NCBI GenBank assembly: GCA_964035545.1
Contig: CAXIUT010000056.1
Span: 1 to 51,021 of the forward strand
Source of the DNA: Bugula neritina
Taxonomy: Eukaryota; Animalia; Bryozoa
DNA length: 51,021 nt
Direction of reading: 5' to 3'
The translations under genes were made by a program, and so were the position numbers. The notes beneath the pieces were generated by a model. That model was not told where the DNA came from. It searched no databases and saw only the letters and a program-made list of their open reading frames with translations. Positions 19,120 through 29,260 of the stretch are shown here, piece after piece; the first letter of the stretch is position 1, and the number at the start of each line of letters is the position of its first letter.

Positions 19120-20045
19120 TCGATGTCCATATCCGCATGAGGGGCCGTCCCATCTTGTGCAAACATACTTTGATAGGCGGCCACGCGGGTTTCAATCAGG
19201 CCTTTGGTGACAATCAGATAGATAAAGATCGACTCTTTCAAAATCACCGCCAGACAGGCCAGCACCCAAATGCCACTGACAAAGCCCTGGGGCAGGCCGA
19301 TCAGTTCAAACACCAAAAGAACCGTCATCCCAAACAGATAGGTCACATGGCGAAAGCTGTGTTTGGCAATTTTGAAAATTCCAGAATTGCGCAACCCCCC
19401 TGCCTTATTGCCGATCAGCTTTTCCGCATCTTCGATCAACGCCTCTTTGCGCGACGCCATAGGGACAGGGTTTTCCGCAGGGGCAGGTGGCCCGCCAACA
19501 GGGGGTGTTTTTGCATAATGTTCCATGCGGTATTGTTCGTGCTGATTGCGGCGCAGCATGGCATCCGCCACGGTTTGGATCAGCCGATTGGCAGGGTTAA
19601 ACGTGGCAAAGCTGGCGGCCCAAGACAGGCATAATATCCACGCGCCCACCCCATCGGACAGGCCCACAGCTACGTGAACACCCGTGGCCACAAAGATCGC
19701 CTGCATGGTGATCGCATGGGCGTATTTATCAAGGAACACACCCGGAATGCTTTGCTGTTGCGTGGCGCGGGCCAGTTCCCCATCCACACAATCCAGCACA
19801 TAGGCGAAATGCAGCAAGAACACGCCGATCAGAAAACCAATGTTTCCCGACCAAAGGAAAATCACCAAACACCCCAACAAACCAATGGCAATCTGCGCAA
19901 AACTCACCTGGTTTGGCGTGATGCGTCTTTGAAATAAAACCCAAGTAATGGGCAAGGAAAATAGGCGATAAACACGACTAAGGTAAGGATCGAGTTCGAG
20001 TTTATGGGCAGGAAACGCTTTGTGTTTGAATTCTGCATAAGTCAT
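19116..20045 (-). CDS. CDP-alcohol phosphotransferase family membrane protein
   Basis: ITPNQVS and D-x2-DG-x2-AR-x8-G-x3-D motif (DCVDGELARATQQQSIPGVFLD); final Asp replaced by His. Confidence 0.85.
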   Translation of the reverse strand: MTYAEFKHKAFPAHKLELDPYLSRVYRLFSLPITWVLFQRRITPNQVSFAQIAIGLLGCLVIFLWSGNIGFLIGVFLLHFAYVLDCVDGELARATQQQSIPGVFLDKYAHAITMQAIFVATGVHVAVGLSDGVGAWILCLSWAASFATFNPANRLIQTVADAMLRRNQHEQYRMEHYAKTPPVGGPPAPAENPVPMASRKEALIEDAEKLIGNKAGGLRNSGIFKIAKHSFRHVTYLFGMTVLLVFELIGLPQGFVSGIWVLACLAVILKESIFIYLIVTKGLIETRVAAYQSMFAQDGTAPHADMDID

Positions 20046-20275
20046 AAAAATCGCGCCTTCTTTACGCGTTTAGCCGCGAATTGCTATTTCGGATATTTCT
20101 CTGTTTGCCAGGCTCTGGCTTAAGAACGGTTCCCGTCAGTATGGTATGTTATCGCCACCACGATTGCGCTTTTATTTCAAAAAATAAGCCATTAAAAGAT
20201 GGCACGTTCAAAAATAGCACTGTAAATGGTCAAGATTATTAAACATTTACACGATATAAAAAATGGAGAAACGTT

Positions 20276-21583
20276 TTGAAAAAAGTATACGTCGGCATGA
20301 GTGCGGACCTTCTGCACCCAGGTCATATCAACATCCTGAAAGAAGCGGCTAAATTGGGTCAAGTTACCGTTGGCTTGCTGACAGATCGCGCCATCGCATC
20401 CTATAAACGTCTTCCTTACCTCGATTACAAACAGCGCAAGATCGTTGTCGAAAGCATGGGCGATGTGTTCGAAGTGGTTCCACAGGAAACGCTCGACTAT
20501 CGCCCGAACCTGAAAGAACACAAACCAGACATCGTGGTGCATGGCGACGACTGGCGCACAGGCGTTCAGTCCAAAGTCCGCCAGCAAGTGATCGACACTC
20601 TGTCCGAATGGGGCGGGGAACTTGTTGAAGTGGGCTACACCGATGGTATTTCCTCCACACAGTTGAACCGCTTTCAGCGCGAAGTGGGCACAACGCCTGA
20701 CCGTCGCCGTTCGCAACTGCGCCGCCTTCTCGAAGCCAAAGACATGGTGCGCATTCTGGAAACACACTCTGGTCTGTCTTCTTTGATTGCAGAGAATTTG
20801 GAAGTGAAAGACGAAAACGGCCGCAACCGCAGCTTTGACGGCTTCTGGTCTTCGTCCCTGACGGACTCCACTAACAAAGGCATGCCAGACATCGAAGCCG
20901 TGGACACCACCAGCCGCGCGGCATCCGTGACACAAATCTTTGAAGTCACAACCAAGCCGATGATCTATGACGGCGACACTGGCGGCAAGCCAGAGCACTT
21001 TGCCTTTACGGTGAAAACGCTGGAGCGTCTGGGCGTGTCTGCGATCATCATCGAAGACAAAATCGGTCTGAAAAAGAACTCGCTCTTTGGCAACGAAGTG
21101 GCGCAGAACCAAGACAGTATCGAAGACTTCTGTCACAAAATCCAAGTGGGTAAGGAAGCCCGTGTCTCTGAGGACTTTATGGTGATCGCACGTTGCGAAA
21201 GCCTGATCCTTGATAAAGGTATGGATGATGCGATCGAACGCTCTAAGGCCTATTTGGCTGCGGGTGCTGACGGCATCATGATCCACTCGCGCAAAGCAGA
21301 TGGCGCGGAAATCATGGAATTCGCCAAACACTACCAGACGTTTGACACCACATGCCCACTGATCGTTGTGCCGTCCTCGTTTGATAAAATCACCGAAGAC
21401 GAATTCCAAGCGGCAGGTATCAACGTTGTGATCTATGCCAACCACATGCTGCGTGCAGCCTATCCTGGCATGTACAAAACAGCCGAGACGATCTTGAAAA
21501 ACCAACGCGGCTTTGAGGCGCGTGAACATTGCATGTCGATCAAGGACATCTTGGAAATGATCCCGGGGACCAAAGATGCTTAA
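20276..21583 (+). CDS. pepM: Cytidylyltransferase-phosphoenolpyruvate mutase fusion (Fom1-like architecture)
   Basis: N-terminal HxGH CyTase ([22 protein letters not shown]); PepM signature EDK-x5-NS ([10 protein letters not shown]), DGDTGG, IYANH. Confidence 0.93.
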   Translation: MKKVYVGMSADLLHPGHINILKEAAKLGQVTVGLLTDRAIASYKRLPYLDYKQRKIVVESMGDVFEVVPQETLDYRPNLKEHKPDIVVHGDDWRTGVQSKVRQQVIDTLSEWGGELVEVGYTDGISSTQLNRFQREVGTTPDRRRSQLRRLLEAKDMVRILETHSGLSSLIAENLEVKDENGRNRSFDGFWSSSLTDSTNKGMPDIEAVDTTSRAASVTQIFEVTTKPMIYDGDTGGKPEHFAFTVKTLERLGVSAIIIEDKIGLKKNSLFGNEVAQNQDSIEDFCHKIQVGKEARVSEDFMVIARCESLILDKGMDDAIERSKAYLAAGADGIMIHSRKADGAEIMEFAKHYQTFDTTCPLIVVPSSFDKITEDEFQAAGINVVIYANHMLRAAYPGMYKTAETILKNQRGFEAREHCMSIKDILEMIPGTKDA

Positions 21584-22703
21584 GCCAGAAACCTTTCTGG
21601 GCAGCCTCACAGATGCGGGCGTTTCGTTTTTTGCAGGGGTCCCTGACTCCCTGCTCAAACAAATCTGCGCCTGCATCACCGATACGCTGCCAGCCCAAGA
21701 CCACATCATCGCCGCCAATGAAGGCGCGGCCGTGGGCTTGGCCATCGGTCATCACATCGCCACAGGTAGTGTGCCGCTGATCTATATGCAGAACTCGGGT
21801 CTGGGGAACATCGTCAATCCGATCATGTCCTTGGCCAGCAACGAAGTCTACGCGATCCCAATGCTTGTCATGATTGGCTGGCGCGGGGAACCGGGCGTCA
21901 AAGACGAACCCCAGCACGTGCACCAAGGTCGTGTGACACCGGCCACGCTCGATGCAATGGAAATGCCCTATGTTGTGTTGTCCGATGATGATGCAACAGC
22001 GCGCACCCAAGTGGCCGAGGCTGCGCAAAAAGCCCGTGCAGGCAATATGCCTGTGGGGATCTTGGTGCGCAAAGGCACGTTTGATAGCTACACTGCAACC
22101 AAGGCACCTAAGCCTGATCTGACACTAGAACGCGAAGACGCGATCATTCAGGCGGCAGATGCCACGCAGGACAATGCTGCCATCGTCTGCACCACAGGCA
22201 TGCCAAGCCGCGAGCTGTTTGAATACCGCGCGCGGGCAGGGGGCAAACATGAAACTGACTTCCTTACAGTTGGGGGCATGGGTCACGCCAGCCAGATCGC
22301 GATGGGTATTGCGCTCAAAAAGCCGAACCGCCCGATCTATTGCTTTGATGGGGACGGCGCATCTTTGATGCACATGGGCTCTATGGCGATTGTGGGCAAC
22401 AGCGGTTTGTCAAACTTTGTGCACATCGTCTTTAACAACGGCGCGCATGAATCTGTGGGCGGGCAACCGACCGTGGGCTTTGACATCAACCTTACCCAAA
22501 TCGCAGATGCCTGTGGTTATGTGTCTGCCGTGTCCGTGGACACAGCCGATGCGGTTGGTCCTGCCATTGCAGCGGCCCAAGCCGCAGATGGCCCCGCGTT
22601 CATCGAAATCCGCGTATTGCCGGGGCACCGCGCAGACATCGGACGCCCAACCACAACACCACAACAAAACAAGACAGCCCTAATGGGTTTTTTGAAGGAC
22701 TAA
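21576..22703 (+). CDS. aepY: Phosphonopyruvate decarboxylase
   Basis: [39 protein letters not shown] motif DGDGA...NN; overlaps the pepM stop. Confidence 0.93.
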   Translation: MLKPETFLGSLTDAGVSFFAGVPDSLLKQICACITDTLPAQDHIIAANEGAAVGLAIGHHIATGSVPLIYMQNSGLGNIVNPIMSLASNEVYAIPMLVMIGWRGEPGVKDEPQHVHQGRVTPATLDAMEMPYVVLSDDDATARTQVAEAAQKARAGNMPVGILVRKGTFDSYTATKAPKPDLTLEREDAIIQAADATQDNAAIVCTTGMPSRELFEYRARAGGKHETDFLTVGGMGHASQIAMGIALKKPNRPIYCFDGDGASLMHMGSMAIVGNSGLSNFVHIVFNNGAHESVGGQPTVGFDINLTQIADACGYVSAVSVDTADAVGPAIAAAQAADGPAFIEIRVLPGHRADIGRPTTTPQQNKTALMGFLKD

Positions 22704-22705
22704 TC

Positions 22706-23842
22706 ATGACGGACAGCCCCATTTACATCTCTGGCCTTGGCGCCTGCACCACAGGTCTGGCAGAGCTGAAAGCACGCTATGCGCCAAAGAAGACACTGCT
22801 TGTCACGGGACGCGGCTCTTATGCTGCTTCGGGTGCACAAGCGGCGGTTGAGGCTGTCTTTGATCCTTCGGAAACCGTTCGGTTTTTTGATTTTGAAGTG
22901 AACCCAAAAATGACCGACGCCCAACGGGGCGTCGAGATTGCCCGCGAAGCTGGGGTCGATTTGATCCTAACCATCGGCGGCGGCAGCCCGATGGATATGG
23001 GTAAAATCATCAAAGCGTTTTACACCGACCCGTCCAAGGCCGAGGCCCTTGTGCGCGGTGAAGTGCAAGCCGAAGATCCAGGCATTCCCCTGATCGCCAT
23101 TCCAACCACAGCGGGTTCTGGCAGCGAAGCCACCCATTTCGCGGTGGCCTATATCGGCAAAGATAAATTCTCGCTCGCCTCACAACTGTTGTTGCCAGAT
23201 GCGGTTGTGCTGGATGGCAAATTGCTGGCCACCAATTCCCCCTATCAGCGTGCGGTCAACGGCCTCGATGCCATGGCCCAAGCGATCGAGAGCTACTGGG
23301 CCGCAGGCTCCACCGAGGAATCCCGCGGCTATTCCCGCGAGGCGATTGAAAAGACCGCTAAGCACCTGCCTTTGATCGTGAAAGAGGGCAACGACGAAAC
23401 CCTGCAAAACATGATAGAGGCGGCCAATCTGGCGGGCAAAGCGATCAACATTTCCAAAACCACCGCAGCCCACGCCTATGCGTATGCGTTTACGGGCTTT
23501 CACGATGTGCCCCACGGCCATGCGGTTTGGATGACATTGCCAGACATCTTTCAAATCCACGCCACGGTTGATCCAGAACACGTGACAGACAAACGCGGCG
23601 CAGACCATTTGTCCGCAATCATGAAAGACACCTGCGACATTCTTGGGCTGCAAGGTCCAAACTACGGCGATGAGATGAAGGCATTTTTGCACGGCCTCGA
23701 CCTCAGCTCTGACATGATCGAAATGGGCGCAAAAACCCCAGAGCAGCGTAAATTTGTATCCCAACAAGTGAACATGCAGCGCATGGGCAACAACCCTGTA
23801 GGCCTCAGCGAAGAGCACGTGGCCTCTATCTTTAAACTCTAA
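22706..23842 (+). CDS. Phosphonoacetaldehyde reductase (group III Fe-dependent ADH, PhpC/FomC-like)
   Basis: GGGS-MD-GK, AIPTTAGSGSEAT, AGKAINISKTTAAHA, VPHGHA; follows pepM-aepY. Confidence 0.85.
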   Translation: MTDSPIYISGLGACTTGLAELKARYAPKKTLLVTGRGSYAASGAQAAVEAVFDPSETVRFFDFEVNPKMTDAQRGVEIAREAGVDLILTIGGGSPMDMGKIIKAFYTDPSKAEALVRGEVQAEDPGIPLIAIPTTAGSGSEATHFAVAYIGKDKFSLASQLLLPDAVVLDGKLLATNSPYQRAVNGLDAMAQAIESYWAAGSTEESRGYSREAIEKTAKHLPLIVKEGNDETLQNMIEAANLAGKAINISKTTAAHAYAYAFTGFHDVPHGHAVWMTLPDIFQIHATVDPEHVTDKRGADHLSAIMKDTCDILGLQGPNYGDEMKAFLHGLDLSSDMIEMGAKTPEQRKFVSQQVNMQRMGNNPVGLSEEHVASIFKL

Positions 23843-23869
23843 GGCCCGCCCCACAATTGGGGCCTTAGA
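23838..23869 (+). terminator. Stem-loop after the Fe-ADH gene (terminator or RNA stabiliser)
   Basis: TCTAAGGCCC...GGGCCTTAGA 10-bp stem; T-tract weak and displaced. Confidence 0.45.
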
Positions 23870-23892
23870 CTCTGTTTTGAAATGATTTTATT

Positions 23893-26331
23893 ATGGCGAC
23901 ACCTGCAAAGAAGAAACCTGCTGTAACATCAGCGGCGTCAAAAAAAGCAGCCGCCGCCAAGAAAGCAGCGGCGGCCAAAAAGGCCAAATCTGTAAGTGTG
24001 AAAAGTAAACTTTATACGTTTGGGGGCCGTGTCGAAAAGACATTGGCCAATCGGCTGACACACCGCAGTGAAAAAGCAGGGCGTTACGCCGAATACAAAG
24101 TGCAAAAAGGCGGATTGGCGCGGATCAAACCTTTCCGCATGGGGCGGCTTGCGGATTGGCAATTGTCAAAGAACCGTCTTGAAAAAGCGATGGTTTACAA
24201 TGCCGAAGTGGGCTTGGCCGAAGGCGGCTGGAACCAAGACAGCAAATGGCGCAATCGTGTGCTGCTGACAGGGATTTTGGCTGTCAAACTGGGCAAAGAT
24301 TCAATGGCTGCCAGTTGGTTGGCCGCTGGGGTGAATTTACAAGCCAGCAAATTGATCGCACGCAGCTATACCTATGGCTACACCGATCAATTCCGAGCGT
24401 GGCTTAAAGATCATGAAGAGGCCATAGCCACCTCTGATGGTTGGAAAAACATCCTCAAGACGCAGGACCGCAATCAGGTGCTGGCCTATTTGGTGACCTT
24501 TTTGCACACTTTGGGGTCCAAAGATTTAACGCTCGCTTTGGTGTCCAAATTTGGTCTGAAGGGCCATGATGGGCTAATTAGTATTCTTAAAGACCGTGCC
24601 ACACCCAAAGGTGTTACCAACCAGCTGTTCAATCAAATCGACATTGAACAAAGTACAGGATCAGAGCAAGCGAACCGCGTTTTAACCAACCTGAGCAAAC
24701 GGGTTCTATATGCTGCTAAAGTGACCCAACCCGCCAAAGCCACTGCGCCCAAAATATCGTTCTTTTATGCGCAAGAGCCTGTGACACAGCTTGGCAAACA
24801 TATCAAAGGCCTGAACACGCGCGCAAAATCAATGATGACGGAACGAGGGCGCAGTTTTGAAAAGCGCCATCACACGTTCACATCCGCTCTAAGCGCGCTG
24901 CAAGGGGCTGCGGACGTCGCACAAAAACTGCTGGCGGCCCATGAAAATTCAGCCGATCCAGAAGGCACAAATGGGCATGTGATGTTGGCGGAACATGTTC
25001 TTGCCCTATCTGCGCAGCATCTGGATTTTGATCCGAAAAACGTTGAATACCGCCTTAAACCAGCAAGCAGTGTGGCCGCCCGCGCTCATCAGATGGTCTG
25101 CCTCTACACGCAGGCGCTGCAACTTGTTAAAATGCTCAGCGCAGCGCAAGCAGGCCGCGATTTAACCAAATCAAGCATCGCTCCCTATCACACGGATCAA
25201 AAGCAGCTTTGGTTCTCTGATGACGAACAGGCCATTCTGAACCAAGACCCTTCAACGCAGTTCACCACTAACGCTTATTTCCAAGTGCTGTGCGATGCCT
25301 TCTGGCTGTTTGGAACCGGCAAACCCAATGCGGCCAAGGCTCTTTTGGCTATTGTGGTTAAGGATCAAGAGCCTTTCTATCGCAGTTTGAGCGACCGATC
25401 TGGCCCGACAAAACTGTTTGTGGGGGGCTATGGCTGGACAGGATCCAGCGCTGTGTTTGACAGCTTCTTGGGCTATCCAGAGGCCGAAGAAATGCCCGGC
25501 ATTGGGGATGACGCCTTTATCAATGAGGGCGCAGAATCTGAGCCGATGCTACACCAAGGGCCCGCCAGCCTAATGTCGCTGAATGCCAGCATTCAGAAAT
25601 GGGGCACGTTTTCAAAAACAGCGCTGATCCAGTTCTTTAATCTGTGGGTCCTGCGCGCCAATCACAAAAGCTATTTTGAGTATAAAACCGTTGGCGCCAA
25701 TGCGAACATTGCCTCGATCATTGGCGAAGACAGCTATTACCGCATCGTGATGAAACTGTTTTATGACTATGTCCGTTTGCGCAAAAACCCAAAGCGCAAG
25801 TCGTTGATGCCCCGGGCCCTGACCCAGTTCGAACAAAACATCGTGCACGCCATGTACCCCGATGACAAAAGCATTGTGCTGTTCAACAATTCGGTCAACA
25901 CGGATAAGATCAAGACCTTGAACCTGATCTCTGGGCGCTGTGTTTACATCGCGGTGAACCGCAACATCCTTGATCAATTCGCTGATCAGAAACGCTTTAA
26001 CGTGTTCCTCGACACGACGGCGGAAAAATTTGGCGAAACCAAAGTGGAAAAACTACAGGCGTTTTTGGACACATCTGAACAGTTGAACGCAAAGGGCGCG
26101 GGCTCTTACGAGATGATCAACCTGATGTTCGAAGACTGGATTTTGGACGCAGACTACCGCGAAAAAGTGACGACCCAGATTTTCGGATATTATGATGCCA
26201 CCCTAGAGGCCAAAAATCTTGATCCTTCGGTGTCGCGCAAAAACATCGACATGTTTGGGGATTACCTGAACGAGCAGGAAATTAGCGTTCTCAATAAGAT
26301 CAAAGCCAAGCATCCAAAGCTCGCTGTGTGA
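23893..26331 (+). CDS. Hypothetical 812-aa protein with Lys/Ala-rich N-terminus and C-terminal sulfotransferase/P-loop-like domain
   Basis: LFVGGYGWTGSSAVFD loop, YIAVNRNILDQF and LMFEDWI match the sulfotransferase-fold pattern; co-oriented with the phosphonate operon. Confidence 0.6.
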   Translation: MATPAKKKPAVTSAASKKAAAAKKAAAAKKAKSVSVKSKLYTFGGRVEKTLANRLTHRSEKAGRYAEYKVQKGGLARIKPFRMGRLADWQLSKNRLEKAMVYNAEVGLAEGGWNQDSKWRNRVLLTGILAVKLGKDSMAASWLAAGVNLQASKLIARSYTYGYTDQFRAWLKDHEEAIATSDGWKNILKTQDRNQVLAYLVTFLHTLGSKDLTLALVSKFGLKGHDGLISILKDRATPKGVTNQLFNQIDIEQSTGSEQANRVLTNLSKRVLYAAKVTQPAKATAPKISFFYAQEPVTQLGKHIKGLNTRAKSMMTERGRSFEKRHHTFTSALSALQGAADVAQKLLAAHENSADPEGTNGHVMLAEHVLALSAQHLDFDPKNVEYRLKPASSVAARAHQMVCLYTQALQLVKMLSAAQAGRDLTKSSIAPYHTDQKQLWFSDDEQAILNQDPSTQFTTNAYFQVLCDAFWLFGTGKPNAAKALLAIVVKDQEPFYRSLSDRSGPTKLFVGGYGWTGSSAVFDSFLGYPEAEEMPGIGDDAFINEGAESEPMLHQGPASLMSLNASIQKWGTFSKTALIQFFNLWVLRANHKSYFEYKTVGANANIASIIGEDSYYRIVMKLFYDYVRLRKNPKRKSLMPRALTQFEQNIVHAMYPDDKSIVLFNNSVNTDKIKTLNLISGRCVYIAVNRNILDQFADQKRFNVFLDTTAEKFGETKVEKLQAFLDTSEQLNAKGAGSYEMINLMFEDWILDADYREKVTTQIFGYYDATLEAKNLDPSVSRKNIDMFGDYLNEQEISVLNKIKAKHPKLAV

Positions 26332-26343
26332 AGAGCGGGTTAG

Positions 26344-27581
26344 GTGGTAAAATCAAGGTCGAAACCTAAAGGGAAAGATCGCAAAAACAGTCGCTTGCTG
26401 CGCTTTCTTGAATCAGATCACGGCCTGTTTACGCGTGCTCTTACATCGGGTTTGGCATGGGGAGGCGTTCTGCTGGTCACAGGCAGCACAGCTTTGGCCA
26501 AAGACATCGCGGCAGAGGCAATTAGGCCGCGCAATTTCAAACGCACGTTTCGACGCGGGGCGTGGTACGCAAAATTTGGCTGGCCGCGCTGGACCTACCT
26601 GGCAGACCCGTTTTTCACCGTGACCGAAGGCATGGCACCTGACACGTTGCAGGCGTTGTTGCGGTTTTGGGATCGGCGTTGTGCACATTTGAAAGAGCCA
26701 GGCCGCAGTTTGGAACGGCTGTGCATTCTGGGCGCTTTGATCGACAGCACAACACGAAACACAACACAGGATCGGGGCCAACGGGTACAGTTTCAAACAG
26801 ACCTGACCTCCCAAATCACACAGCTGCGGGCCACGGCAGCACCAGCGCTTAGCACGCCGTCCCCGCGCGATGTGGACCACGATTTTGCCGTTGATGATGC
26901 GATCACGGCTTTGTCTGATTTCACCGCTCTTTTACCCCTGAAACCTATCGCTGGTTTGCGATGGCTGGCACGTTTTTGGGGTTGTACCGTGAACAACGGT
27001 TTCTGCCGTATGAATTGGATGTGGATCTGGGGCTGTATTGGGACCCTGACATCCATGAAAAGGTGCTGAGCTTGTGTAAAGCATCAGATGATTTTGATGT
27101 GCGCCATGTGGAAACCCAACACATCATTCCCCCCTTTGGCGCGCCTGACACACATGTGGTGTTGATAAAGCTGATCCATCGCACGGGGCTGTCGTTTGAT
27201 CTGTTCTACCACCGAGAGGAATCTGGCCAGCTGTGGCACGGATCAGGCCTACACCGCTGGGAAAACACACCCTTTGAGTTGGTTCCCTATGACCTGCATG
27301 GGCTGTCTGTGTTGGGTCCAAAGGATGGGGCTCGATACTTGACCGAGAGCTATGGTGATTGGCAAACGCCTGTTGCGAATTTTGATTACAATACCCAGAT
27401 GCCCAATCTGGTTTGGGCGCCCAATTTTGCAGGGATGGCCCATACGGCAAAGCGGCTGCATCTGTTGCACGACCAGCAAGACACCACGCTTTATGACGCA
27501 CTGTTAAAGCGTATTCTGGCACTGCCTTTTTTGGCCCAATCGCCCCGAACGTGCACAGATGGGGGTTATGAGGAACAATAG
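26344..27581 (+). pseudogene. LicD-family nucleotidyl/phosphotransferase split by a single-base frameshift
   Basis: ORF 26344..27069 overlaps ORF 26961..27581 (AGTFLGLYRE-F-P-ELDVDLG; YLTESYGDWQTP). Adding one base near 26919-26945 joins them into ...LLPPETYRWFAMAGTFLG. Confidence 0.75.
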
Positions 27582-27901
27582 TGGAACAAGAGGGCGCTTG
27601 ACGGTTTTCTCATTTCTGGGACGTAGGGGTCGAGTCCGGTAGGGGGCGGGATCGTATCATAAGCTCTTCTGCCTCGCTATTTTGACCACCTATATTCGCC
27701 AGTGATAAGAATATGAGCCCATCCTAGGGGCGAGATGTGCGCCAAGAGATCTGGGGAACAATCCAACCCTGCGCGTTTTCGCTGCGCAACAGCTTTGCCA
27801 AGTTGATCTGTGTTCCAGTAAATAATAATGGCGGCTAAAAGGAGAGTATCTCAAAGCGTGGGGCAATTGTGTTTTTGTTTTGAGGCTGGCATCTATTTTG
27901 G

Positions 27902-28564
27902 ATGTCTGGAACGGCCAACATTATTCAACTGAAGATCCGCTTGCTGGGGCTCAGCCCCATGATTTGGCGGCGTGTTCTGGTGCCTGTTTCAATCAGTTTG
28001 CGGGAACTCCAAGGAATTATTCAGGTGGCGATGGGGTGGGAAGGCATTCATCTTTACGAATTTGACATTCGTGCCGTGCGGTATGGGTCGTTTGAATTGT
28101 TTGCAGCAAATCCCGATTTGCCTTTGGCAGAGTTTGTTTTTCGCCAGAATGAGACTTTCTCGTATATTTATGACATGGGAGATCATTGGTCCCATGAAAT
28201 TCGCGTCGAGGGATTTGGTGCTGCTGACCCAAAGAAGACCTATCCCGTTTGCACGGGCGGTTCTGGTGCCTGCCCGCCTGAAGATTGCGGTGGAGTGGAG
28301 GGGTATCTTTACCGCCGTGATGAAGCGGGAGGGTATGACGCGTGGCAGGACTTCGGCGTTATGGTTGAGTGGCTAGATGGCCTTACCAAACAGGACACGA
28401 CTGGTCTGACGGTGCGAGATGTGCTGACCGACGATGTTGAGGCTGCGATGCAGCGTGTCGTTGCGCGGGAGCCGTATCAGGCGAGCAAGTTTTCACGCAA
28501 GCGGATCAATCAGGGGTTCCGGGACGGCTGCCATCTAGAATTGATGCGTCAGCAGATGTGGTAG
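27902..28564 (+). CDS. pRiA4b ORF-3-like protein
   Basis: Same protein as 878..1540. Confidence 0.9.
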   Translation: MSGTANIIQLKIRLLGLSPMIWRRVLVPVSISLRELQGIIQVAMGWEGIHLYEFDIRAVRYGSFELFAANPDLPLAEFVFRQNETFSYIYDMGDHWSHEIRVEGFGAADPKKTYPVCTGGSGACPPEDCGGVEGYLYRRDEAGGYDAWQDFGVMVEWLDGLTKQDTTGLTVRDVLTDDVEAAMQRVVAREPYQASKFSRKRINQGFRDGCHLELMRQQMW

Positions 28565-28681
28565 GCGTGTTCGAAAAGGACCGGTTTCGGACGGGGCGTA
28601 AAAACGTGTCCTTATATTATCTTGACGCAGTTCAGGACAGGCATATAATTACGGACATCTATTTTTTAACAGAAACCACCG
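28565..28681 (+). promoter_or_regulatory. Putative res site overlapping a sigma70 promoter for resolvase-transposase
   Basis: TTGACG (28622)-16 bp-TATAAT (28644); repeated TGTCC/GGACA half-sites around AT-rich cores. Confidence 0.6.
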
Positions 28682-29260
28682 ATGTCCAGAATATTTGCTT
28701 ATGCCCGCGTCTCGACCTTTGAACAGGAGACAGAAAACCAGGTTCTCGAAATCGAAGCGGCTGGGTTCAAAGTAGCGCCACACCGGATCATTACTGAAAC
28801 GATCTCCGGATCACGTGCCATCGCGCAACGCCCAGGCTTTGCCCGCCTGATGGAGAAAATGGAACAGGGTGACGTGCTGATTGTCACCAAACTGGATCGG
28901 TTGGGTCGCAATGCAATCGATGTCTCCAGCACCGTAACCAAATTGGAAGAAAACGGCATTCGAGTTCATTGCCTTGCCCTGGGGGGTGTTGATCTGACCA
29001 GCTCAGCGGGAAAGCTGACAATGGGGGTCATCAATTCCGTGGCCCAGTTTGAACGCGACTTGCTGATCGAGCGCACTCAATCCGGCTTGGCTCGCGCAAA
29101 AGCAGAGGGTAAGCCTCTTGGTCGCCGCCCTAAACTGTCACTGGATCAGCAAGATGAGGTGAAGGAAAAACTTGCAGCTGGCGAAACGATCTCAGGCATT
29201 GCCCGTGATATGAAAACCAGCCGCCAAACAATTATGCGTGTAAGGGATCAGGTACAATGA
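28682..29260 (+). CDS. Serine resolvase/invertase
   Basis: YARVST, KLDRLGR; ATGA overlap with the transposase. Confidence 0.95.
   Translation: MSRIFAYARVSTFEQETENQVLEIEAAGFKVAPHRIITETISGSRAIAQRPGFARLMEKMEQGDVLIVTKLDRLGRNAIDVSSTVTKLEENGIRVHCLALGGVDLTSSAGKLTMGVINSVAQFERDLLIERTQSGLARAKAEGKPLGRRPKLSLDQQDEVKEKLAAGETISGIARDMKTSRQTIMRVRDQVQ

Noticed and set aside
20192-21745. 517-aa antisense ORF over pepM (also 6449..7324 over kpsE, 17324..18175, and 6034..6573)
   Set aside because: Shadow ORFs opposite well-supported genes; no recognisable motifs
20276-23842. Fosfomycin or methylphosphonate biosynthesis
   Set aside because: Only the shared early steps are present; no radical-SAM methyltransferase, epoxidase, resistance kinase or MpnS; the context is surface-polymer genes
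27618-27632. GGGACGTAGGGGTCG resembles the anticodon/variable arm of tRNA-Pro
   Set aside because: No D-arm, no GTTCRA T-loop and no acceptor stem; at most a remnant or chance match
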